Shown: in pieces, positions 20,772-29,225 of the stretch
How the letters are laid out: each line of letters starts with the position of its first letter
Numbering within the stretch: position 1 is the stretch's first letter
NCBI GenBank assembly: GCA_964610875.1
Contig: CAZSWP010000013.1
Location: forward strand, 1 to 64,000
Source of the DNA: an uncultured archaeon
GTDB lineage: Archaea; Asgardarchaeota; Thorarchaeia; Thorarchaeales; Thorarchaeaceae
Direction of reading: 5' to 3'
Length of the DNA stretch: 64,000 nucleotides
Notes under the pieces: model-generated
Database searches by the model: none
Told to the model about the DNA's origin: nothing
Seen by the model: the letters and a program-made list of their open reading frames with translations, nothing else
Made by a program: the position numbers and the translations under genes

Positions 20772-21755
20772 ATGGCAGGATTCCCGAAACCCATTATATA
20801 TTCCAGCAAATGTCTTGGATTTTGTAATTGTTGGTGGAATGGTACGATTATTTTTTCGGAGTTTATAGAGAAAATCAAACCATTTGTAGAATTCGTCACT
20901 CATTGTCCTGAGGTAGAACTAGGACTGGGTTCACCTCGTGACTTTGTTAGGATTGTTTGGATTGATGACCGGAAACATTTCGTACAACCAGCAAATGAAC
21001 GCGATTTAACTAATGAAATGAATGAATATACCAAAAAAACGGTTGGAGGACTTGGGCGAATAGATGGTTTTGTGTTGAGAGAAGGTTCTCCATCATGCAG
21101 CATAAAGGGAGTAAAGTACTACAAAGGAGTAAAACCGGGTTCCCCATACAAAGGCACGGGCCCAGGCATATTTGGAGCAGAGGTTCTGAGTAAATTCGAG
21201 TATCATCCAATTGAAACTGATGGAAGATTAAAGAATGCAAAAATCCGTGATGATTTCTTAACAAAGATGTTTCTACTTGCAGGATTCCGAGAGTTACTTG
21301 ATTCAAAAAAGATTGGTGGATTGATTGATTTCCATGCAAGAAACAAGTATCTCTTAATGGCCTTTGGTCAAAAATATGTAAGGTCGTTAGGTAAGATAGT
21401 AGGAGAACAAAAGAAAAACAGCGATGAACAAACATTCACAGAATATCATGATACATTACTTCAAACCATAACAGCAAATCCACAAAGAAAATCGATTATT
21501 AACACGTTTATGAAGATGTTCGGTTACTTCTCGAAGCAGTTGACAAAACCAGAACGTCAACATTTTCTTGAAAGACTAGAACAATATAGAATTGGTAAAA
21601 CAACACTTGCAACATTAAGAGAAATTCTACGTCTCTGGATACTTCGATTTGATGATGATTACATTAAACAACAAACAATATTCGAGCCTTATCCAAATGA
21701 GCTGAAGATTATATGTGGGTATGAAGAGTATGAAAAAGAAATGAAAAGGGAATGA
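20772..21755 (+). CDS. DUF523/DUF1722 (YbbK-YbgA) family protein
   Basis: SKCLG, CPEVELGLGSPR, SPSC, FHARNKYLLMA, QTIFEPYP. Confidence 0.88.
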   Translation: MAGFPKPIIYSSKCLGFCNCWWNGTIIFSEFIEKIKPFVEFVTHCPEVELGLGSPRDFVRIVWIDDRKHFVQPANERDLTNEMNEYTKKTVGGLGRIDGFVLREGSPSCSIKGVKYYKGVKPGSPYKGTGPGIFGAEVLSKFEYHPIETDGRLKNAKIRDDFLTKMFLLAGFRELLDSKKIGGLIDFHARNKYLLMAFGQKYVRSLGKIVGEQKKNSDEQTFTEYHDTLLQTITANPQRKSIINTFMKMFGYFSKQLTKPERQHFLERLEQYRIGKTTLATLREILRLWILRFDDDYIKQQTIFEPYPNELKIICGYEEYEKEMKRE

Positions 21756-21780
21756 ATCCCTCTTCATGGCTATGTGATTT

Positions 21781-22269
21781 CTATTCCTTTTCTGGTATTT
21801 TCTTTCTCAACTCTAAATCCATAACAGAGGGAGTATTGGTTTTCACACACAGTTCTGAAGTTCTAATGAGAAATGGTGCAGGAATGTCATACAGAGCATA
21901 GACTAGCGTATGTCCTAAATTTCGTTCAAGATAGTCTTGGATTATTCCGAGCCATTTGGGGGATAATTCATACTCCAAGTCCGGATGTTGGAGCAGAGTG
22001 ATTTCCTTCATCTCGCCTTTTGTGTCAGTTTGCTCTCTTCTTGACAAGCTGAACTCATCAGATGTCATATGAGCTTGGCCTTCAAATTCGTTTGTATGAG
22101 TATCGAGAAGCAGACCGATTATTTGTTCCTCATTCATTATCATTTTGGATCCATGAAAGTTTCTTACTTCTCTATCCATTTTGATACCAGTTTCCTCTTC
22201 GAATTGTTCTGCGTAATTTAGTACTGTCATATTTTCATCATTCATCATTAAAATAGCGACTTGAATCAA
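21781..22269 (-). CDS. Hypothetical protein (5' end possibly frameshifted)
   Basis: 162-aa ORF; an out-of-frame signal-like start MNKSGSSAIGGVFIL lies just upstream. Confidence 0.45.
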   Translation of the reverse strand: MIQVAILMMNDENMTVLNYAEQFEEETGIKMDREVRNFHGSKMIMNEEQIIGLLLDTHTNEFEGQAHMTSDEFSLSRREQTDTKGEMKEITLLQHPDLEYELSPKWLGIIQDYLERNLGHTLVYALYDIPAPFLIRTSELCVKTNTPSVMDLELRKKIPEKE

Positions 22270-22405
22270 AAATAATGCTCAAGAATGAAGACTCCTCCAA
22301 TAGCAGAAGATCCACTCTTATTCATCTACTTGTTCTTTATTGATATAGTGAATTGAAATCTTATTTCCTTTAGTACAGTAATATTCCAATTGAATGAAAT
22401 ATAGG

Positions 22406-23656
22406 TCAATACATAAGCAGAAAGACACTATATACTAGAATTTGGCATATAGTCAAAGGAATACCAATCTTTGCGAATTCTGTGAAAGAAATTGTTTCAT
22501 CAAATTTTTCTGCGTTCTGAATTATGATTACATTACTCGCTGCTCCTAGTATCAGTAAATTTCCAGCAATAGTACTTCCTGCAGCTAGAGTGACTAGTTG
22601 TATTGTAGATGCACTCGTACTGGTAAAGATAGGGAGGTAGAGAGCCACTAAAGGTACGTTTGATATGAACTGACTAAGAACTACGCTTAGGACCATTATT
22701 GCTGGGATTGATGTCAAATCAAGTGGAACCAAACTAATCATATCTTGAAACACGCCACTGTTCCATACGCTAGCCATAAGAACGAACATAGCTACAAAAA
22801 ACACAAGCGTCTTCCAATCGATATTGCGGAGAATTTCAGTTCTACGACTACTTAGAAGTACTACAGGTGCAGCCCCAACTACAGCTATGTAGGTCATTCT
22901 GAAATCAAATCGAGGGAAGAAGAACAACAAAAGAATCTTCAGAATAATCATAATTAGAACCAGAAGCAATGCTAGCTGAACAATTTTCATTAGTTTCCGA
23001 TCATATCCATCATTTGCAGTATCAGGTTGAATAGATTTTTTGAATTCGGATTTATATAATAAACGCAAGAAGAGAAAGGAAAGGCCCATGCATAGAAGTG
23101 TAGGAATAAAGAGGAATTGGATGAAGATAAGGAATGGATTCTCAATATTTCCTTCAGTGACAATAAGTAAGTTCTGAGGGTTTCCTATCGGACTGAGCAC
23201 GCTTCCAGTAGTTACACCGATGGCTAGTGTCAGTAGTAGCATTCGAGGGGAAATATCGTGTGTCTTTGCAAGGCGTATAACCACGGGAGTACCAATTATT
23301 GCAATTGTATCATTCATTAGAATTGCTGACATAAACCCAGAAACTAAAAGAACTAGCAAAACAAGTTGATCTACACCTCTTGCTTTTCCAAAAATATTCC
23401 TGGAGAGTGATTGCAAATAACCACTTCTCACTGCTGCTTCCCCGATAATGAACATACCAAAGAGAAATATTATGACATCCAAGTTTACAGAAATTACCGC
23501 ATCAATGACGTTGATTTGACCTGTGATGAGAACAATCAGAGCTCCTATTACCATTGCTTGCCATATCTCAACTCTGAAACGTCCAATCTTTCTGACTGCG
23601 ATTAAAACAAAGACAAGGCTTAATACTAATAACGAAATAACTCCGATAGTCTGCAT
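22406..23656 (-). CDS. ArsB/NhaD/SLC13-type anion permease
   Basis: SAILMNDT, SPIGNPQNL, QFISNVP, AGNLLILGAASNVII. Confidence 0.9.
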   Translation of the reverse strand: MQTIGVISLLVLSLVFVLIAVRKIGRFRVEIWQAMVIGALIVLITGQINVIDAVISVNLDVIIFLFGMFIIGEAAVRSGYLQSLSRNIFGKARGVDQLVLLVLLVSGFMSAILMNDTIAIIGTPVVIRLAKTHDISPRMLLLTLAIGVTTGSVLSPIGNPQNLLIVTEGNIENPFLIFIQFLFIPTLLCMGLSFLFLRLLYKSEFKKSIQPDTANDGYDRKLMKIVQLALLLVLIMIILKILLLFFFPRFDFRMTYIAVVGAAPVVLLSSRRTEILRNIDWKTLVFFVAMFVLMASVWNSGVFQDMISLVPLDLTSIPAIMVLSVVLSQFISNVPLVALYLPIFTSTSASTIQLVTLAAGSTIAGNLLILGAASNVIIIQNAEKFDETISFTEFAKIGIPLTICQILVYSVFLLMY

Positions 23657-23698
23657 CTAAACTATGTGACCTCAATACATTTTGATATTCGATGACTT

Positions 23699-23950
23699 TT
23701 ATCTTGCATCATATGACTTCATTAGGTAGATAACGATAGCAAATGTTTTCGTGTTTTGAAGACTATCGAAATATCTTGACAAAACCCAAGGTATCTTTAG
23801 AACTGCAATAGTTGCAATCATCAGCAAACCTATTCCAAATAGCAACCCACCAAACAAGTACACAAAGAAACCTATGAAAATTAAAACAATGCTGATGATC
23901 AATAAAACAAAGAGTGGATCCCTCTTCAATTCTTCAAATGAAGACTCCAT
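23699..23950 (-). CDS. Small membrane protein
   Basis: Two hydrophobic segments; SD-like GTGA. Confidence 0.5.
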   Translation of the reverse strand: MESSFEELKRDPLFVLLIISIVLIFIGFFVYLFGGLLFGIGLLMIATIAVLKIPWVLSRYFDSLQNTKTFAIVIYLMKSYDAR

Positions 23951-24047
23951 AAATCATCACAACCATATAGCACTCTTCACTGGATTCTTAAAATTGTTCT
24001 CTTGAAAAGAGTTGAAGTGAACAAAATTTGGATTGTGTAGGTCCTGT

Positions 24048-24542
24048 TCATTGTGTACCAATTTTCTTCATTAGGTCCAGAACATCTTCATCTACTACCT
24101 TCAGCTCAATCATTTTGTTTGATTCAATATCAAAGACTCTAATATTGTATTGAATTCCAGCGTCCTGATGGTCTTCTTTTATCTGGAGAAACTCAGTATG
24201 AGGTTTACCTTTGAATAATTCAAGAGAAATCTCTTCTTGGATTTCGCCGCTACGGACCTCTAAAAGTCGAGATGTTGTGAGATAGTATTTTGTTCTTCTG
24301 ATTTTAATGAAACTGTATACTGTGTATAGAATACCAATTAGCACAAAGAATACTAATCCAAATACGATAGATGCACCATAAATACTCCCTGTAAAAATGA
24401 TCACAAAAACAGATAGAAGGGGAAAGCATACTCCACAGAAAATGAACAAAAAGGGAGTACCGGCCCTTTGATGCCAAACAATCTCTTCACCTGGTTTTAG
24501 TCCATACTCTGGTGGTTCAAATCGCTCCTTTTCCACATACAT
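24048..24542 (-). CDS. Membrane protein with bacterial PH-like domain
   Basis: LKPGEEIVW, two TM helices, YYLTTSRLL. Confidence 0.65.
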   Translation of the reverse strand: MYVEKERFEPPEYGLKPGEEIVWHQRAGTPFLFIFCGVCFPLLSVFVIIFTGSIYGASIVFGLVFFVLIGILYTVYSFIKIRRTKYYLTTSRLLEVRSGEIQEEISLELFKGKPHTEFLQIKEDHQDAGIQYNIRVFDIESNKMIELKVVDEDVLDLMKKIGTQ

Positions 24543-24686
24543 AATAGTGATACCTCCACTATGGGGAGTTAAATGAGGATTTGAATCTTCTTAACAACAA
24601 AACTCCTTCGGAAAATCGAGAACCCGTTGCTTTCATTGGAAAGCTTATTTTTCTTTCATAATACATGATGGTGGAGTTTCATATAG

Positions 24687-25154
24687 TTGTCAAAATTCAA
24701 AGACCTATCAAGACCAGTTATTGCATCTTTCATAACACTACTTGGAGTTATTTTTCTCCCATATGCCTATCAACAAACATGGGGACTGGGTTCTGCGAAC
24801 CACATAATTCGATGGCCACTTTGGATTTTCCTCGATTCGTTCTATTTCTCAGGTTTCACACTAATTGAATTACAAGAGTTTCTGAGTTTTACACCAGCGT
24901 GGATCATGAGGTTTTTACTTGTCTTTTGGGTCAGCAGATATTATTCTGGTAGATCCTCACGAAGACAGACATTTGCAATAGGAATGATATCCGAGTTACC
25001 ACCTCTGTTACTTTCGCTATCTGAAATCATTGCAAACAGCATGCAGCCCCCAACATTTTCTTCTGTACTATTACCTATACCTGTACTTCTTGGCTTTGTG
25101 GTTCTACTTATCTTTCTCCTACCGTACGACCCATCCAAAGAACCTTGGAAGTGA
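24687..25154 (+). CDS. Hypothetical membrane protein
   Basis: About four hydrophobic segments. Confidence 0.6.
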   Translation: MSKFKDLSRPVIASFITLLGVIFLPYAYQQTWGLGSANHIIRWPLWIFLDSFYFSGFTLIELQEFLSFTPAWIMRFLLVFWVSRYYSGRSSRRQTFAIGMISELPPLLLSLSEIIANSMQPPTFSSVLLPIPVLLGFVVLLIFLLPYDPSKEPWK

Positions 25155-25290
25155 ATATTCATCCTAGATTATTTACTCTCATTTTAGTGGTAAACTGTTC
25201 AATATCATTAAAACGAATTATTGCACGAAGGTGTGGTCCAAAGTAACGAGTATTGGTAGAAAATCAAGACAAGTGAGAATATCGGTTTGA

Positions 25291-25407
25291 GAAAATGAGA
25301 GTTAGAAGGAAGGGTTTGCACCCATCCTTCTGAAACTATAGGTATACACTCTAGATACAGCGATGGATTACTTCCGGTCCCGCTTCTTCGAACTCCTTGC
25401 GTGAAAC
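25291..25407 (-). repeat. Copy 1 of actin 3' end plus 3'-UTR hairpin
   Basis: Minus strand 25407-25351 reads [18 protein letters not shown], followed by a GCAA-loop hairpin and T-rich tail. Confidence 0.93.
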
Positions 25408-25537
25408 CTGAATCCTTCCAAAAAAGTGCGAAAGATGAAGAGAGAAATACCTAATTTCGAGTCACTCGAATAATCTCAAGAGAATTATAAGCGGATGGTG
25501 CATTAACACAGTTAGTATATTCTGAGAGGGATATGAT

Positions 25538-25957
25538 ATGGATGTTGATGATGTTATCTCAAAGGTTCGTAGTTTCGTCAAGAAACAAGATAGTGTCATT
25601 GCAGCATATCTTTTTGGCTCACTTGCAAGAGGTACAGATAATCCAATGAGTGATATCGATATTGCATTACTACTTACAGAAACAGAAAATGTTATTCCCA
25701 GAATTAAGGAGTTCACTGTCACACTCGCAAATATCATAGACACTTCAAATTTGGACCTCATCAGCCTCAAACATGCAGACCTGGCTTTGAAATACAATGT
25801 CATTCGAGAGGGGATTCTTATCTATGAGAGTGATCCAGTTGAGAGGATTGCTTTTGAACGAAGGACAACCACAGAGTATCTGGATATGCTTCCAGTATGG
25901 AGAGAGTATGATGAACATATGAAATCCAGACTTCAGGAGTATGCAGCAAGTGATTGA
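25538..25957 (+). CDS. MNT (minimal nucleotidyltransferase) antitoxin
   Basis: YLFGSLARG, SDIDIA. Confidence 0.92.
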   Translation: MDVDDVISKVRSFVKKQDSVIAAYLFGSLARGTDNPMSDIDIALLLTETENVIPRIKEFTVTLANIIDTSNLDLISLKHADLALKYNVIREGILIYESDPVERIAFERRTTTEYLDMLPVWREYDEHMKSRLQEYAASD

Positions 25958-26363
25958 TAGTGATACAATATATTCTAGACTCTCTACTATTGAACAATGT
26001 ATGAGAGTGATTGAAAGAACAAAGGAAAAGGGACTTCAACACTACCTCAAAGACTTGGACACCAGATTTCTGACTGAAAGAGCACTACACTTAGCCATTG
26101 AAGCGAGTATAGACATTGCTAATCATATCATTTCAAATCATGGGTTTCGCAGACCAAAAGACTATGCAGATATTTTTCAGATCCTTGGTGAGGAAAAAAT
26201 CATTACTGAAGACTTAAGCGAGCGCCTAATTCATATGACAAGGTTTCGAACCAGATTAGTACATCTTTATTCAACGCTGGACAATGAGATTGTGTTCAGC
26301 ATCTTAGAGAACGAAATATCTGATATTCTTGAATTTACAGCTGTTGTTTCAGAGATGTTGTGA
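25941..26363 (+). CDS. HEPN/DUF86 RNase toxin
   Basis: ERALHLAIEASIDIANHII, FRTRLVHLY (Rx4H); overlaps the MNT gene. Confidence 0.92.
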   Translation: MQQVIDSDTIYSRLSTIEQCMRVIERTKEKGLQHYLKDLDTRFLTERALHLAIEASIDIANHIISNHGFRRPKDYADIFQILGEEKIITEDLSERLIHMTRFRTRLVHLYSTLDNEIVFSILENEISDILEFTAVVSEML

Positions 26364-26409
26364 CTACACAGATTTCTGGGTTTCTATTGTTTCCAATCAA
26401 AGTTAAAAT

Positions 26410-26534
26410 AAAATGAGATTTAGAAGGAAGGGCTTGCACCCATCCTTCTGAAACTATAGGTATACGCTCTAGATACACCGGTGGATGACCTCGGGGCCAG
26501 CCTCTTCGAACTCCTTGCGTGAAACCCACATCTT
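26410..26534 (-). repeat. Copy 2 of actin 3' end plus 3'-UTR hairpin
   Basis: Minus strand 26534-26469 reads [21 protein letters not shown]. Confidence 0.94.
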
Positions 26535-27444
26535 ATCCTTTCTTCTTCAATATCACAAACCCAATGATTACTATAGCTACTATTACTATACCGATGCCAA
26601 GGATTACAATAGTATTGTCCACGAGTGGATATGCAGGGGGAACTGCAGATAGTAATTGTATCAGTTCTCCAGTCTGGGATATTGAAGCTACAAGGGTCGA
26701 TTGTATTTTGACATATTCCCAATCATTTGGATTTGCTGTTGATGACACTCTTACAGTTAGATTCGCATAAGTAAGGAACTCCCAATGCGGTTCAATCAAC
26801 ATTGAATCTGCTTGTTGATTTGTGAAAATCGAATGAACAGGACTATTCCCATAATAGAACGAATAGCCAGTTTCGTCATATGACCATAGCACGAACTTCA
26901 GAGCTGAATAGCCTTCTGAAATTGGAACTTGGAGATTAGCTAATTCCAAATCACGTTCTTCGGTTTCATTACACAGAGTGGAGATTGCATTCTTCAATGA
27001 GGCTACATAAGAATATTCAGTGATATTATCAATTGAAGTGATTGAAATAATGTTCATAATATTCGTTGAATCATATGTTAAATTATATGTACATCGAATT
27101 GTGGAGTGCATATAGTGACTTTCATTCAAAGCCATAACTATGACTTGATCACCATAAGCAGTTCGATCAATAAAAAGTAATGAATCATTATACCGACTCA
27201 TCAGATTCCTTACAGTTGTATTTGATAATAGACCTGAGTGAAACTCTAACGCTTGATTCCAAACATCTTCACCAAGAAGTAGCACTTCCTGGTCTCCAAC
27301 ATCTAGTATGAAATCGTTTGTACCGTCAGAAAGTATTGTACTTCCCCTGACCATAGTAAAACCTTCAAACGATATACATCTAGGTATTGAGTAGCCAGAT
27401 ATCATTAGAAGTAATAGAATTCCAATAATGTATGATTTCTTCAT
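26533..27444 (-). CDS. Secreted protein with C-terminal TM anchor
   Basis: Signal peptide; C-terminal hydrophobic helix followed by KKKG. Confidence 0.75.
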   Translation of the reverse strand: MKKSYIIGILLLLMISGYSIPRCISFEGFTMVRGSTILSDGTNDFILDVGDQEVLLLGEDVWNQALEFHSGLLSNTTVRNLMSRYNDSLLFIDRTAYGDQVIVMALNESHYMHSTIRCTYNLTYDSTNIMNIISITSIDNITEYSYVASLKNAISTLCNETEERDLELANLQVPISEGYSALKFVLWSYDETGYSFYYGNSPVHSIFTNQQADSMLIEPHWEFLTYANLTVRVSSTANPNDWEYVKIQSTLVASISQTGELIQLLSAVPPAYPLVDNTIVILGIGIVIVAIVIIGFVILKKKG

Positions 27445-27456
27445 ATAATCATCTCC

Positions 27457-28779
27457 TCAGTAATTGTTAGGACCATCATAGTCTGCAAAGTAATACCAAT
27501 CCAAATGATAATGCAATTTTCCATTTACAGTGTTACCATCGTAAGGTCCCCAATCCCCTTTTCCATCGTCGCCACAAGAATATATTCTCAACCAATCGAA
27601 TGTGACTAAATAATTGGCGGAATAGTACCATGGTGCATTGAATAAATCCATTGTTGCATCACAGTGAATCCAAGTTCCACTTACATAGGTTTCACACCAA
27701 GCGTGACTGAAAGTACCACCCAACCAATTCCCATCATATCCTATCATAAACCTACAAGGAATATTCAGAACTCTGAGAAATGAACACATAACAACAGCAA
27801 ACTCGTCACATACACCCCTCCAATTGTAGTTGTACGTAAACATATCAGCATTAGTGGTTTCATGCGTATCACTGTTCATATAATATGTAATCAGACTATT
27901 AACAGCAGACGTTAGTACCTCACTAGAATATTCAGGATAGCTAATACAGTTATCTACTAAATACGCTGCTTGGTATATAATAGGCCATTCTGTAGGCCTA
28001 AATAATGCACGTGTGATTGGAATACCAAATCCATCTCCTGAATTACCCTCCCAATAGTAATTAGGATTTTGTGAAAGAGAACTCATATCGTCATTTGGGG
28101 GCAGTCCACCATATGTCTGAAGGTCTGATAAACCATATCGAGAAATGAATTCGTATCCCCATGTTTGACTTCTGTATACACTATCATAGCGTAGAGTTCC
28201 CGGAGCTGTTCTTAGACCATCTGGTTCAATAGAATCTGGAGTAACCCCATCATAATAATATGCTTTTCCAGACACTGATACTTGAGCCCTTTTTAAACCG
28301 ACAGTCGCGGTTGAGGGCAAATAGCAAGAGAGTGTATTTACACTACTGTAGCCAGATGCTCTTACTGACTTGGTTTTATAGACTTCTCGAATTTCCGAAG
28401 GGCCAGGACAATTGTCATAGCCTTCGAATACTAGGGTCACATCTGCGTAAATGTATCCTGAAAGATATACCGTAAATTGGACATTGAAATTCTCAGTTCT
28501 TGTCCATAAGCTGGGAATGGACGCGGATATTTGGAAACTACGTCCAAAGCTGTTAATAGCATCCCCTTCACTATGTTGATTACTTGTTTTTTCCGAGTAG
28601 AAAAAACCATTCTGATCCTGCTTAACTTTAGGTATATGTTTAATCGAAGGAATTGATTTTCCCAACTCATTTGATTCAACAAGTGATTTAGGATTTTTCG
28701 GAGGCATAGTGATTGGTGATAATAGCAACGTACCACCTATCAACATGAAAATCAATATTGACTTAGCTCTATTTTCCAT
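27457..28779 (-). CDS. Secreted transglutaminase-like (Cys-His-Asp) protein
   Basis: GVCDEFA...LRVLNIPCRFMIG, HAWCETY, WIHCDAT; signal peptide. Confidence 0.85.
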   Translation of the reverse strand: MENRAKSILIFMLIGGTLLLSPITMPPKNPKSLVESNELGKSIPSIKHIPKVKQDQNGFFYSEKTSNQHSEGDAINSFGRSFQISASIPSLWTRTENFNVQFTVYLSGYIYADVTLVFEGYDNCPGPSEIREVYKTKSVRASGYSSVNTLSCYLPSTATVGLKRAQVSVSGKAYYYDGVTPDSIEPDGLRTAPGTLRYDSVYRSQTWGYEFISRYGLSDLQTYGGLPPNDDMSSLSQNPNYYWEGNSGDGFGIPITRALFRPTEWPIIYQAAYLVDNCISYPEYSSEVLTSAVNSLITYYMNSDTHETTNADMFTYNYNWRGVCDEFAVVMCSFLRVLNIPCRFMIGYDGNWLGGTFSHAWCETYVSGTWIHCDATMDLFNAPWYYSANYLVTFDWLRIYSCGDDGKGDWGPYDGNTVNGKLHYHLDWYYFADYDGPNNY

Positions 28780-29072
28780 TTGTTTTTTCCCACTACTACA
28801 ATTCTAGACATTGTGTAGTAAGGAAAAAACTCGATTTTGGCTATTAAAGAGTTCACTCTTTCAAAATAGTCTTTTGAATGCAAATCTGTCATTCTTACGA
28901 CTTACTTTTTATTCAGATTCTATTTTCTCTTATAATGTTACATCAGGAATATATGTTACTAAACATTTGGCCAGATGCTTTGTTTTACTCAGGTATGGCA
29001 ATTTGAAAATCTTGCAATATATTGATTCAAGATGAATGTATGAAAAGGAAGGATTACTATTTTTTCTTAGAA

Positions 29073-29180
29073 GAAAATGAGAGTTAGAAGGAAGGGTTTG
29101 CACCCATCCTTCTGAAACTATAGGTATACGCTCTAGATACAGCGATGGATTACTTCCGGTCCCGCTTCTTCGAACTCCTT
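29073..29180 (-). repeat. Copy 3 of actin 3' end plus 3'-UTR hairpin
   Basis: Minus strand 29180-29133 reads [15 protein letters not shown]. Confidence 0.92.
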
Positions 29181-29225
29181 TGATAAAATCCATTAGAAGA
29201 GATTGAATATTTCGGAAATACAATT

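Noticed and set aside
25291-29180. CRISPR array or integron attC sites
   Set aside because: The repeats are over 100 bp, kb-spaced and translate to the actin C-terminus; no cas or integrase gene is present.
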